Of a DNA stretch of 58,035 nucleotides, positions 17,072 through 27,336 are shown in pieces. The stretch comes from an uncultured bacterium (GTDB lineage Bacteria > Hydrothermota > Tepidihabitantia > Tepidihabitantales > JBDRVQ01). Position 1 is the first letter of the stretch. Each line of letters starts with the position of its first letter. The stretch covers positions 1 to 58,035 of the forward strand of contig CAYRLZ010000013.1 in assembly GCA_964425275.1 (NCBI GenBank), in the 5' to 3' direction. Both the position numbers and the translations under genes were made by a program. The notes under the pieces are model-generated. The model searched no databases. It saw only the letters and a list, made by a program, of their open reading frames with translations, and was not told the DNA's origin.

Positions 17072-20047
17072 TTAACTATTTAAATCCTTCAACCTTATCG
17101 TTATAATCTTAGAAACACCCGGCTCTTCGGATGTTACACCTAAGAGGACATCTACCTTCTCTAAGGTGAGGCGATTATGCGTAATGATTACCACTTGAGT
17201 ATTTTTACTTATCTCTTTTAAGAAGGCAGTAAATCGCTCAACATTGGCATCATCTAATGGCGCATCAATTTCATCCAGAAAAGAGAAGGGCGCCGGTTTC
17301 ACCTGGTAAAAGGCAAAGAGGAGCGAGAGAGAAAGCAATGCCTTTTCACCATCCGAGAGTTGTTCTAACCGCTTCGGGTTTTTGCCTTGTGGTTTGGCAA
17401 CGATTATTATCTCCGAGGCCAACGGATTTTCCGGTTGGGCCAGAAGCAAATCGGCTTCTCCCCCTTGGAATAACCGAGCAAAGATATCCCGAAAAGCAAC
17501 GCGCACCTTCTCAAAGGTTGCCATAAAATCCTCTTGTAATCGGGTATCCAGTTCCTGAATTATCTTCTGTAAATCCACCCGGGCGGTCAAACAATCTTGT
17601 CGCTCCTGTAAAAATTTATTTAGTTCCTCCTTCTCTCTCTCGTATTCCTCACCAGCCATCGGATTAACCTTCCCGATATTTAAGATTTTTGCCTCTATCT
17701 CTTTCAACCTTTCTTCAACCCCTTCAATAATTTCTATCTCCGGAGAGATTTCCATTCCGAAGCGGAGGCGAGCTTCTCTTTCAATATCCTCCGTTTCTTT
17801 TTTTAGGGCATATTCGGCCAGCCGTTTATCTTGTATCTCCTGCTGCTTAATTGCTAATTCCTTCCGTTTTTGCCGAAGCGCCTCTTCTAATTCTTCCCGC
17901 TTTTTTTTATTCTCCTCCAGACCTGATTTGCTTGACACCGACTCCTTTTCGGTAACCACCATCCTTAATGAATTTTGCCTTTCTTCACTCAAACGCCAAC
18001 CTTCTTTAATCACCTCCATCTCCCGAGCAATCTCTTCTAATTCTTGTTTGATTGCCTCTTCTTTTTGATAAATCTTTGTCTTTTCTTCATTTAGGAATTG
18101 AACCTCGGTCAAAAGTATCTTCTTCTCTTCTCTTCTCTTTGTCATCTCAGACAAAAGATTAGAAGAGAGATTAAATCGCTCCTTCTCTAATTCCTTTAAG
18201 GAAGAAATCTCCTTTTCCAATTGAGCGATTCTCTCTTCCCTTTCCTTCTTTATCCTTTTCCATTCCGCTCTCTTTTTCTTAGCCTGGGCAATTATTTCCT
18301 CTTGGTCTTTTTTCCGGGATAAAAGTGAGGACGGCGTCTCAGCTTCACTCTCTACCCAATCCCTTTTTTCACCACTAAGAAAGATAACCCCTTCACGCTT
18401 CAAGAGTATTCCTTCCTTAGTGACAAACGAAAACTGAGGGAAATCTTTCCGCATCTCCCTTGCCTTTTCGTAATCCGAGACTAAAAATGTCTCCCTGAGG
18501 ATTGACCTAATTAAATCCGGACAGCCCTCCTTTGGTCGACAAACCTGACGCAAGGGTAGTAATCCTTCTGGGTAAGTCCATCCCCTGTCCTCTTGCGGCT
18601 CAGTGCCTTTCATAATGAACCCGACATCCCTCAAAGGAGGATGGGGGGTGATATGGTCACAGCGCAGAACAAAAAAGGAATAGTAAGGAAAGAGCGCCGC
18701 TTTTATCGCCTTCTCATAACCCGCCTCCCATTCCAGAAAGACCTTCACCTCACCTAAGAGATTATCTGGCTCAACAATCGGTCTTAAATCTTCTTCCCCA
18801 CTCGTTATCTCCCCGGATGACTGACTTTCCCATCTAGCCAATTCCTGCTCTTTTTCAAAGATTTCTGATTGGATTTGAATAATCGCATCAAATGATGCGG
18901 CCCGTTTTTTTTCTTCTTCCTCCTTCGCTCTTTCTTTTTGAGCAATCTCTTCCCCGATTTCTTTTAATTCTTTCTGCCAAACCTCTAATTTCTTTTTAAT
19001 CGCCGCTTCGGCTTCGGTCTCTTTTAAAATTTTCTCTTCCTTCTCTTTTAAAATCTTCTCAATCTCTTTTATTTGATTGGGGATGGCTTCTTTTGCCGAA
19101 ATGAGTTTTTCTTGGGCGGTTTTTAGAAAGGAAAGCCTTTCCTGATATTTAATTCTCTCCTTTTCCACGAGTTCCAGTTCTTCCTTTAATCTTAACATCT
19201 CCGTGGCGGCGCTCGCTTGCTCTCGTTCCTGGTTTTTAATCTCTTCTTTTAATCTATCTAATTCCCTTTCATCCTTCTCAATCGCCTTAATCAGTTCGGC
19301 CTCTTCGGCAAGCCGGGTGGATAATTCGGCGGTGAGAATTTCTCGTTTCTTTTCCGCGGCCTCTCTTTTAATTTTAAGTTCAATAAGTTTCAGTCGTTTC
19401 TCTTCCTGGCGGAGGTTCTCATAAACCTGCAACCTTCGTTTCTGCCGGGCGAGGCTCCGCACAATCCTTTGTCGCTCCCTTATTATATCTTCCAGGCGAG
19501 TTAAATCTCGTTCGGCCAGGTCTAATTTATTTAAGGTCTCGCGCTTATTCTCTTCATATTTTTTTAAGTTGGCCGCCTCGGCAAAGAACTGCCGGACTTC
19601 ACCGTGAATGATGCGCCGGATATCCGCCAGCGAAAAAAGGGCATAGGCCTTGGAGCCGGTAGCGAAGAAAATCTCCTCAATATCTCTCAGCCGACAAGGA
19701 TTCCGGTTTAAGTAGTATTCACTCTCGCCGCTCCGGAAATACCGCCGTTTTATCTCGATCTCCGAACCAAAGGGTGAATTCGGGTCGTTATTTTCCAGAA
19801 TTAACTTCACCTCACAAAAGTTGACCAGTGGTCGGGTCTTGGTGCCGGCAAATATCAGTTCTTCATTCTTCGTGCAGCGCAGTAGGGAGAGGCTCTGTTC
19901 CCCTAACACCCAACGTAAGGCATCCAGGATATTAGTCTTACCACAGCCATTCGGTCCCAAAATTGCCGTGATGCCTTCCGAAAATTTGATGACCGTTTTG
20001 TCGGGAAATGACTTAAAACCTAAGAGATGTAATTCCTTTAGTCTCAT
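17072..20047 (-). CDS. smc: Chromosome segregation SMC-family ATPase (shortened)
   Basis: GFKSF, GPNGCGKTN, coiled coils, hinge-like centre, LSDGE, LDEIDAPLD, IITH. Confidence 0.92.
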   Translation of the reverse strand: MRLKELHLLGFKSFPDKTVIKFSEGITAILGPNGCGKTNILDALRWVLGEQSLSLLRCTKNEELIFAGTKTRPLVNFCEVKLILENNDPNSPFGSEIEIKRRYFRSGESEYYLNRNPCRLRDIEEIFFATGSKAYALFSLADIRRIIHGEVRQFFAEAANLKKYEENKRETLNKLDLAERDLTRLEDIIRERQRIVRSLARQKRRLQVYENLRQEEKRLKLIELKIKREAAEKKREILTAELSTRLAEEAELIKAIEKDERELDRLKEEIKNQEREQASAATEMLRLKEELELVEKERIKYQERLSFLKTAQEKLISAKEAIPNQIKEIEKILKEKEEKILKETEAEAAIKKKLEVWQKELKEIGEEIAQKERAKEEEEKKRAASFDAIIQIQSEIFEKEQELARWESQSSGEITSGEEDLRPIVEPDNLLGEVKVFLEWEAGYEKAIKAALFPYYSFFVLRCDHITPHPPLRDVGFIMKGTEPQEDRGWTYPEGLLPLRQVCRPKEGCPDLIRSILRETFLVSDYEKAREMRKDFPQFSFVTKEGILLKREGVIFLSGEKRDWVESEAETPSSLLSRKKDQEEIIAQAKKKRAEWKRIKKEREERIAQLEKEISSLKELEKERFNLSSNLLSEMTKRREEKKILLTEVQFLNEEKTKIYQKEEAIKQELEEIAREMEVIKEGWRLSEERQNSLRMVVTEKESVSSKSGLEENKKKREELEEALRQKRKELAIKQQEIQDKRLAEYALKKETEDIEREARLRFGMEISPEIEIIEGVEERLKEIEAKILNIGKVNPMAGEEYEREKEELNKFLQERQDCLTARVDLQKIIQELDTRLQEDFMATFEKVRVAFRDIFARLFQGGEADLLLAQPENPLASEIIIVAKPQGKNPKRLEQLSDGEKALLSLSLLFAFYQVKPAPFSFLDEIDAPLDDANVERFTAFLKEISKNTQVVIITHNRLTLEKVDVLLGVTSEEPGVSKIITIRLKDLNS

Positions 20048-20078
20048 ACCCCAGGGTCTTGGCGAAGTGAGTGGCTAT

Positions 20079-21242
20079 TCACTTTCTTATCTTTAAAATC
20101 TTCTCCCCCTCCTTAAACACCCTTGCCACCCGGGGGCTGATGCGGCAGGTTATCTCATAGGGGATAGTATTTGCCCAGAAGGCTAAATCGGTAACCTTTA
20201 TCTCCTCTTTACCATCCTTACCAATGAGTGTCACCTTATCTCCAATCTTGACCTCCGGACAATCGGAGACATCGGCCATCAGTAAATCCATACAGACCTG
20301 ACCGACAATCCTTGCCTCTTTGCCTCTAATTAAGACCTTGCCCCGATTAGTAAGGTGATAAGGAACACCATCACCGTAGCCAGCGGCGATGACAGCAATT
20401 AAAGAATCCCGGGTAGTGAAAAATCGCCTTTCATAACTGATGCTTATTCCCCGAGGAAATCTCCTCAGATTCAAAACCCGAGAATAGAGGGAAAGGACAG
20501 GACGAATTACCTCGACACGACCCATTTTTCTAAATAATGGGGAGTTCCACCAGTTCTCCGGCACAATTCCGTAAACGATAAGACCCGGTCTTATCATATC
20601 TAAATAAGAATCAGGAAAGTTGACCACTCCGGCGGAATTTGCCAGATGACAAAGAACACCGGCATTTTTGTTAGGGAGAGTTTTCTTGATAAATTGGCGG
20701 AAGGTTTGAATTTGATAGTTCGTAAAGGCAAAATCCGAATCCGCCGCGGGAAAGTGGCTAAAAATCCCTGCAAGTTTTATGAAATTATTTTCCCGCAGGA
20801 GCGGCAGAATCTCTGCCATCTCCTTTCGGGAGAGACCAGTCCTCCCCATTCCGGTATCAACCTCTAAATGCACGGCAATCCTCTTATTTAACCGCTTGGC
20901 TTCTTTTATTAAAAGGTTAAGGATTTCTTTCTCGGTGATGGTGGGCATTAGGCGATATTCAAAAAGTTGGGGGACCAGTTCATAAGGGACGGGACTGAGT
21001 ACAAGAATGTTTGATTTCTTAGTGCCGTTCTGACGCAGGGCGATTCCTTCTTCAACGCTGGCAACGCCGAAGCCAGCAACTTCGCCATCCAAATAGGCGG
21101 CAATTTCTTTTGCCCCGTGACCATAGGCATCGGCCTTCACGGCCAAGAGTATATTCTTGACACCAGTTAGCCTTTTGAGGACCTGGAGGTTTTTCTTTAT
21201 CTGTCTAAGGTCAATCTCCGCCCAGATACGTTCACCTTTCAT
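20079..21242 (-). CDS. alr: Alanine racemase
   Basis: AVKADAYGHG PLP-lysine motif, DTGMGRTG, GYGDG, VCMD. Confidence 0.96.
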   Translation of the reverse strand: MKGERIWAEIDLRQIKKNLQVLKRLTGVKNILLAVKADAYGHGAKEIAAYLDGEVAGFGVASVEEGIALRQNGTKKSNILVLSPVPYELVPQLFEYRLMPTITEKEILNLLIKEAKRLNKRIAVHLEVDTGMGRTGLSRKEMAEILPLLRENNFIKLAGIFSHFPAADSDFAFTNYQIQTFRQFIKKTLPNKNAGVLCHLANSAGVVNFPDSYLDMIRPGLIVYGIVPENWWNSPLFRKMGRVEVIRPVLSLYSRVLNLRRFPRGISISYERRFFTTRDSLIAVIAAGYGDGVPYHLTNRGKVLIRGKEARIVGQVCMDLLMADVSDCPEVKIGDKVTLIGKDGKEEIKVTDLAFWANTIPYEITCRISPRVARVFKEGEKILKIRK

Positions 21243-21288
21243 ATCGCATATCCTGTATGATAACCATAGAATTTATTTTGTCAACCGT

Positions 21289-22374
21289 TTATCTTGGTCT
21301 TTCTAACCTGGTCTTTTTCCTTTTGAGGAGTTCAACGAAGGCCTCCACCCGGTTGTAAAAACTCGCCTCCTGAGTAAATTCATCTAAGGAGAGTGAGAGG
21401 ACAGGAATATTGTAATCCCGGCTAATTCTTTCCAGGGATGAGCCACAACTGGTATGCGGCATACAGGCAAAGGGGTGGAGGTGGATTATACCATCATAGT
21501 TATCCTTTGCCGCCTTTATACTATAACCAATCGTATTCTTATCTTCACCGCCAACGCAAAACGGCCAGTAGGTCTCGGCAAGATGCCCGACCTCCTTCAC
21601 CTCACTTCTTCCTAACCTTAGTGAATGAAAACCAAGCCAGCGGTGGGCGGTTAAGAACGGGTCAACCTCAATTTCCATCTCACCCAATTTCTCCAATAGG
21701 TTAAAATTAACAAACGGTTCAATCACACAAAATGATTCCCCAACGATTTTCACCCTTATCCCTTTTATCTCCTTTTGGGGAAGGCTCCTCATCTTTTTTC
21801 TTGCCTCGGTAAATAAATTTCTTACTTCCTGAGAGCGCTTCGCTTTATCCAAATTAGTAAGATAATATCTTAAATACCGTGAGGTCTCACCAGTGTTTTT
21901 CTCCCGCGGTCGGATGAAAAAAGCCAGCCTCTCTAATTTCTCCAAGGTTTTGGATTTCTCATAACCAAGGGAGAATGCCCGAATAATTTTTCTGATGATT
22001 GTTGTGTAATTAGGGTGAATCTCTTTAAGAATTTTTACTATCTCCAATAAATTGTCGCGTCGCAGGACTATCTGCCGAAACTTAAATCCTAAGTCGCGCA
22101 GGATAATACCCGAGAGGAATGGATAATAGCCATAGCGACAAGACCACCGACCACTAGTATGAATTACCGTATCGGCACCTTGCTGTAAGGCATTGATGAT
22201 ATTTCCCAGGGTTAACTTAAAAGGTATGCAGATTAATTCCGGGGCGAGCTTCGCACCCATCGTCAATGTCTCTTGATTATAAGGAGGCGGAATAATCGGC
22301 TCAATGCCTAAATTCTTAAAAATCGTCCGCAGTGGGATATAAATATTGCCCATATAAGGAAAGGTCGCCCTCAT
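21289..22374 (-). CDS. 2-hydroxyacyl-CoA dehydratase/CoA-activase-associated protein
   Basis: TFPYMGN, PELICIPFKLTLGN, CRYGYY, PFACMP, LDE...RVEAFVELL. Confidence 0.8.
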   Translation of the reverse strand: MRATFPYMGNIYIPLRTIFKNLGIEPIIPPPYNQETLTMGAKLAPELICIPFKLTLGNIINALQQGADTVIHTSGRWSCRYGYYPFLSGIILRDLGFKFRQIVLRRDNLLEIVKILKEIHPNYTTIIRKIIRAFSLGYEKSKTLEKLERLAFFIRPREKNTGETSRYLRYYLTNLDKAKRSQEVRNLFTEARKKMRSLPQKEIKGIRVKIVGESFCVIEPFVNFNLLEKLGEMEIEVDPFLTAHRWLGFHSLRLGRSEVKEVGHLAETYWPFCVGGEDKNTIGYSIKAAKDNYDGIIHLHPFACMPHTSCGSSLERISRDYNIPVLSLSLDEFTQEASFYNRVEAFVELLKRKKTRLERPR

Positions 22375-23228
22375 CGTCCCCGTCTGGCCAATATCTCTAA
22401 AAATGACTCAACGCGGGTCCAGAATCCACCCTCCTGAGTATGTTCATCAACGATGAGATTTAAAACCGGAATCCCGGCGGGTTGGGCAATCTCGCGCAAG
22501 ATTAACTCATTGGTCACCGCCGATGTCCCACAGCCAAAACTATAAAAAAGTATTATCCCACAACCCTTTCTCTTTTGAGCGGCGAAGGCCGCCTTTATCA
22601 AATGACGCTCATAAAACCAACTAATCTCCAAAAACGGGCTTTTATCCCATTGGGGTAAGTCAATTGGCCAGTAGTCAAAAGGAGTGAAGAGAGTGATGCC
22701 TTTCTCTCTTATCCTTTCTATTAGGTCAAAATTTATTGCTCGGTCATAAAGAAGGTAAGGATGTCCGATGAGCATTATTGTTGGGAGAAAGGGTTGCCGA
22801 TTGTCAAACGTTGATGCCGTATCGTTCCCTTTCTTCTCCCGACTGATTCTCAGATTTAATCCGTGACGAGGATTTTTCCTCTCGTCAATTGTCAACTCCC
22901 AAATTTTAACCTTAGGGAATGTTGCCCGCACTAAATCCGGCAATCCGATTACCTTTGGGCATCCATAATAAACCTTTTTATTCACGAGACAGCACACCAG
23001 CCGCGGCACAAAGAGGGCATCGCATTTCTTCTGGAGGGAGGCACAATGTCCCAAATAGACCTTTACCGGAAGGCATATCTCCGGCGGGGCAACCCGGAGA
23101 CCTTTGCCAATTGTCTCCCGGGTTGTCTCTTCTGAGACGACGATGGTGTAGCCTTTATTTTCTAAAAATTCCTTCCACGCCGGAAAGTGATAATAATAGT
23201 GGAGTGCCTTCGGAACACCTAATCTCAT
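22371..23228 (-). CDS. Acyl-CoA dehydratase activase-related protein (DUF2229-like)
   Basis: GVPKAL.YY, EICLPVKVYLGH, CPK..GLPD, GHPY, SFGCG, DEHT...G..TRVESF. Confidence 0.82.
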   Translation of the reverse strand: MRLGVPKALHYYYHFPAWKEFLENKGYTIVVSEETTRETIGKGLRVAPPEICLPVKVYLGHCASLQKKCDALFVPRLVCCLVNKKVYYGCPKVIGLPDLVRATFPKVKIWELTIDERKNPRHGLNLRISREKKGNDTASTFDNRQPFLPTIMLIGHPYLLYDRAINFDLIERIREKGITLFTPFDYWPIDLPQWDKSPFLEISWFYERHLIKAAFAAQKRKGCGIILFYSFGCGTSAVTNELILREIAQPAGIPVLNLIVDEHTQEGGFWTRVESFLEILARRGR

Positions 23229-23351
23229 ACTATCATAATAGAATGATTACGGCGATAATAAAAAATTAAAAAACAACCGATTTCTTTTTATCGCGGACAT
23301 TAACTTCCTTATTCCCCACCCCTAACGACAACCAATCTTTTCTCGGTGTCG

Positions 23352-23410
23352 TTTTGCAGGAGCGGGCAACTGGCGAGCGATATCGTGCCCAGAAGGGCAC
23401 TCCCACAAAA
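23352..23410. repeat. REP-like palindromic element; second copy at 42911-42968
   Basis: Imperfect inverted ends ttttg(c)aggag / ctcc(c)acaaaa and an internal GTGCCC-AGAA-GGGCAC hairpin; 38/43 identical to 42917-42958. Confidence 0.7.
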
Positions 23411-23423
23411 TTTCCCATAGGGA

Positions 23424-24068
23424 CTACTTTGTCCCCTCGGCAATTGCCTTCTCGATCGTCTCCCGAAGTTTTTCCGGGGTGGAGAAGTTTAAGAGGGCAA
23501 CCTCTAATTGTAGGACCGGCGAGGCAAATCTTATACCCGGCGCTATTGAGATTACTTCAATCCGTCGGATATTAGGAAAACGAGTGGTAAAGTCATTCCA
23601 TATCAGGTCATAGAGATTTTGCCAACCGACCGGATTAATTTTAATTGTTGAACCCCAGAGGACAATTCCTACCTTCCGTAAAAGTTTTGGGAGGGCATCG
23701 CGGTGATAATTGGTCGCAATGACGATATTATCCTTCTCCGCCAAAAAAAAGCCTTTCTTCTTCTCTTGGTCAAGGAGAAAAACCATATTTTCCTTCCAAA
23801 ACACCGCCTTAAAATTATCAAATAAAGGCATTTTACTAACTAAGGCGTTAGCACAGAATCTTCCCGTAAACTCTTCATTTTCCCAATATCTCCTTGCCTT
23901 TTTATCGGCATAGGTTTCATGGATATCATAATTGATGAATACCTGTTGTAAGGTTTCCACTCCGGTAAACTTGGGAAGGGAGGCAAGGAGAAGACCAACG
24001 CTAATCTTGGGGAAGAGTAGGTCTTCGGAGATGAGAAGAAACTTCTCCGTTGTTAACCGCAAAGCCAT
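23424..24068 (-). CDS. Hypothetical protein
   Basis: 214-aa ORF co-directional with its neighbours; no motif recognised. Confidence 0.7.
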   Translation of the reverse strand: MALRLTTEKFLLISEDLLFPKISVGLLLASLPKFTGVETLQQVFINYDIHETYADKKARRYWENEEFTGRFCANALVSKMPLFDNFKAVFWKENMVFLLDQEKKKGFFLAEKDNIVIATNYHRDALPKLLRKVGIVLWGSTIKINPVGWQNLYDLIWNDFTTRFPNIRRIEVISIAPGIRFASPVLQLEVALLNFSTPEKLRETIEKAIAEGTK

Positions 24069-24103
24069 ATCTTAGTTTACCCGTATTTGCTTAGTAAAGA
24101 ATA

Positions 24104-25681
24104 TCATTTCAAAAGGTTGGGATTTAGGCTAATCGCCCTTTCTAAGGCCTTTACCGCCTTTTCTTTTTCCCCGCGATCCCGATAGACAATTCCTAAGTTA
24201 TACCAGGCAAAGGCGTTGTTGGCATCAATCCTTATCGCCTCAATGAATTTTTTCTCCGCCTTTAGAAGTTCTCCCTTTTTATAATAGGCATTGGCTAAAT
24301 TATAGATTATGGAAGGGTTCTTTCCATCAAGCCGGGATGCCCGCTTATAATAAGCGATTGAATTTTCATAATCGCCGAGGGCAAAAAAAAGATTGCCAAA
24401 GTTATAGAGGGCGGAAAGGCATCTTGGGTCAATATTTAAGGCGGCATTAAAAGCTACTTTGGCCTTTTCGTAATCTTCCGCTTTCATATACGCCACTCCT
24501 AAATTGGAATGAATCTCCGGGTCGTCCGGTTTATAAAGCAACGCCCGCTGGTAATAGTTTATTGCCTTTTTGAAATTCTCCCGGTAGGTATAAATATCTC
24601 CTAAAAGGCAATATCCTTGATAAAAATCTGGTTTCAGGCGCACCGCCAACTTCGTAAATTCCTCGGCCTTTATGTAATCCCTTTGTAAAAAGAAGAGCCG
24701 ACCGATTTCATAGATAAAAAGTTCATCAACCGTTTCTTGGGGTGAGACGACCTCATATAAGAAGAGCAGGTTGCGCAATCGCTGACGAGTCTCTTCTTTC
24801 GCCCAATGGCCGGAGGAGGAAGTGAAAGACATCTCCGTTCGCTGGAAGTAGACAAGATGGAAAAGAAACGAGAAGAGGTTAACCGCTTTTCCGATAGCGC
24901 GGGGAACAAAAGTAAGTGGTGAAGGCTTATCTATCTCCCAATAAACTGCTTTGTTATCTAAAAGAACGATTAGATTTATCCCCCCTTCGCCTTTGTGAAA
25001 GTGACAAGTGAGCCCCAGACTCATTAAAAGATAGGCCTCAATCAAGGCGAGAAAGAGCGTGGGTAGTTTTCTTCTTTTCTCGGTTGAGGAATATATCTCC
25101 AGAGCCTCTTTTAAGGTGAGAAAACCGCTCGCCGCGGGTAAGACCTTTATCCCGGCTCTCTTCCTTAAAAGTCTTTCCCGCAAGCCAGCAAGGCAACAAA
25201 ATTTTTTTTCAAATTCCTCTGGGGATTTTATGGCATCTTGAATATTTGGTTTGGAGACATCCCAGCCAGACTCTCTTATCCGATGAAAAAGCCTCCCGAG
25301 TTCTATAATCTGCTCTTCTTCATTTCCCGGGCGCGGAAATTGCTTTTGGGGATAGAAAACGGGTTCGTTTTTGACCGAGAAGAGAGAGACGAGAAAGGCA
25401 AAGGTAATATGTTCACCAAAGTATTTTTTGAGAAGTCCGATATTTTCTAAAAATTCCCGGGAAGAATTGAATAACTGCACTGGAGAGAATAAAGGGATTG
25501 AGAGGATTTCCTTAAATAACTCCTCTTCTTCCTCCGGAAGAACTCCGCAAGCTCGTTGGGCAAGTTTTTTCTTTTCCCTTTCGGAGAGGAGGATAAAATT
25601 TTTTTCTTCGTGGCTAAGCAATGCCTCAGCCCATAAACGATTATATTCTAAGTGATTTTCAATTATCGCTTCTTTCGTCAT
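24104..25681 (-). CDS. Tetratricopeptide repeat protein
   Basis: About 6 C-terminal TPRs (e.g. HSNLGVAYMKAEDYEKA, WYNLGIVYRDRGEKEKA). Confidence 0.9.
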   Translation of the reverse strand: MTKEAIIENHLEYNRLWAEALLSHEEKNFILLSEREKKKLAQRACGVLPEEEEELFKEILSIPLFSPVQLFNSSREFLENIGLLKKYFGEHITFAFLVSLFSVKNEPVFYPQKQFPRPGNEEEQIIELGRLFHRIRESGWDVSKPNIQDAIKSPEEFEKKFCCLAGLRERLLRKRAGIKVLPAASGFLTLKEALEIYSSTEKRRKLPTLFLALIEAYLLMSLGLTCHFHKGEGGINLIVLLDNKAVYWEIDKPSPLTFVPRAIGKAVNLFSFLFHLVYFQRTEMSFTSSSGHWAKEETRQRLRNLLFLYEVVSPQETVDELFIYEIGRLFFLQRDYIKAEEFTKLAVRLKPDFYQGYCLLGDIYTYRENFKKAINYYQRALLYKPDDPEIHSNLGVAYMKAEDYEKAKVAFNAALNIDPRCLSALYNFGNLFFALGDYENSIAYYKRASRLDGKNPSIIYNLANAYYKKGELLKAEKKFIEAIRIDANNAFAWYNLGIVYRDRGEKEKAVKALERAISLNPNLLK

Positions 25682-25736
25682 CTAATTATTATAGCCCAGA
25701 ACTTAATAAAAGTCAACGGGACGCTTTTGCCGCCCC

Positions 25737-26321
25737 TTACTTATTTGATTTTACTACCAACTCCTCAAAGGCGACAAGTTCTTTCCTCACTCCGGTAATG
25801 ACGGCTTGTGTGCCGGAGGTCTTCCTCGCCAATATTTTCTTCTCTAACTTGCCTTCATCTTTTATACCAATACCTTTGAACTGGTTGAGGAACTCCTTTT
25901 TCTTGAATTCTTGCTCCCTCTCCCTTGCCCTTTGGATATAGATACTCTTAATCTTTAATTCTTTATCCAAGCCGAAGACGAACTCAATCGCTCCGTATTC
26001 TCCCTTCTGGTTTGCCGCCAGGATATACCCAATCAACCTTTTCTCTTCGTTATATAACTCATAATATGAAAAGACCTCTCTCTGCCCGGGCAGAAGTTTA
26101 CTCCCTAATCTCTTCTCAATCACCTTTCTCTTCTCATCGGGAATTTTTATTGTCACGGTCTTGTAATCAAAGGCATCAGGAAAGATTTTGCTCATCGTTC
26201 TTTCCGGGTTGCGCCAGACGCAGATGTAAAGTTCCTGCCCGTTAGCGAAGCGGTGCCACTGGCACAATTGGAAGTTAAAAATTCCGGCTAAGATAATTAT
26301 AAATCTGAGCGGTAAACTCAT
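25737..26321 (-). CDS. Exported FMN-binding-domain-like protein
   Basis: Signal-like N-terminus; KGEYGAIEFVFG, REREQEF...FLNQFKG pattern of RnfG/NqrC-type FMN_bind proteins; flavinylation motif degenerate (TSGT). Confidence 0.65.
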   Translation of the reverse strand: MSLPLRFIIILAGIFNFQLCQWHRFANGQELYICVWRNPERTMSKIFPDAFDYKTVTIKIPDEKRKVIEKRLGSKLLPGQREVFSYYELYNEEKRLIGYILAANQKGEYGAIEFVFGLDKELKIKSIYIQRAREREQEFKKKEFLNQFKGIGIKDEGKLEKKILARKTSGTQAVITGVRKELVAFEELVVKSNK

Positions 26322-27336
26322 TTTCCCCTCCCCTTAGATTAAATTTCTGGCCAATACGGAATTGGGTCGGTAAGCCAAAGATGGTAATATTATAAGTCAG
26401 ACCGCCGGTTATTGTTACCTCTTTCCCTAAGTTTAGATAACCGATTCCTAAGTTCAAGTCGGTTCGGGGTAAGATTGCGTAATCAAACCCGCCGAAGATA
26501 CCTGATAATACCTTCTCTTCTTTTTTGCCGATGACACCTTCACTCCGCAATACCCCTGGTCCGAAATATTTGATTAAATCAAATGAAAGGAGGCGGATGA
26601 GATGAAGGGTCTCATCCATAATAACCTTTCCCCAAAGACCAGAAAGACCAAATCTAAACTCCTCAAATTCCACATTCTGGTGACCGAGGCGGAAGGCAAG
26701 GAGTGGCCCAACCTTTTTTGTCCATTCCATACCCGCACCCTGGCTTAAAGAAGCCCCATAATCAAAATCGCCAATCAAACCGGAAAGCATAACGCCATTA
26801 TCAACATCGGTTCCGAGCGCCGCCTCGGATATTACCGGAAATAATAGCCTCTTCGTTGAGTAATTTGGCAAAAGTCCGAATGGCAATCGGTAGCGACCAA
26901 AAGTCCATTGCCATTTGCCAAGGGGGCCTTTGTAGAGAAGGTTGACCTGGTCGACTTTCAGTTCCTTGAAACCCTGCTGCCAATTCAAAAAGAAGAAGAG
27001 AAGCAACCGGTCCCCGATTCTATCAGAGAATATCTGTCGGGCGCTAAGCCCTAAACCTTGGATGAGAAATTCTTGCTCCTTAAAATCGGTTCTATATCTT
27101 GTGTCTAAATCAGCCGTCACGGAAAGTGCCCCTTGGTTCTGAGAAGTCAGAAGCAAGAGAAAAAAAGAAGCCAGAACAAAAGAGTAATTGGTTTGCGGTC
27201 GTAGCCGCCGGTATAGTTTTTGGTCACGGTTTTTGGGACCAAAGACTGAAGACCGGACCGGCCGCCAAGACCGAAAGCCATTAACTACATTCTTTTCGGA
27301 CCTCTTGCCTCTATCATTATTCTTTAATCTTGCCAT
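26275..27336 (-). CDS. Putative outer-membrane beta-barrel protein
   Basis: FGRYRLPFGL motif, alternating beta-strand pattern, C-terminal Phe; true start uncertain. Confidence 0.6.
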   Translation of the reverse strand: MARLKNNDRGKRSEKNVVNGFRSWRPVRSSVFGPKNRDQKLYRRLRPQTNYSFVLASFFLLLLTSQNQGALSVTADLDTRYRTDFKEQEFLIQGLGLSARQIFSDRIGDRLLLFFFLNWQQGFKELKVDQVNLLYKGPLGKWQWTFGRYRLPFGLLPNYSTKRLLFPVISEAALGTDVDNGVMLSGLIGDFDYGASLSQGAGMEWTKKVGPLLAFRLGHQNVEFEEFRFGLSGLWGKVIMDETLHLIRLLSFDLIKYFGPGVLRSEGVIGKKEEKVLSGIFGGFDYAILPRTDLNLGIGYLNLGKEVTITGGLTYNITIFGLPTQFRIGQKFNLRGGENEFTAQIYNYLSRNF

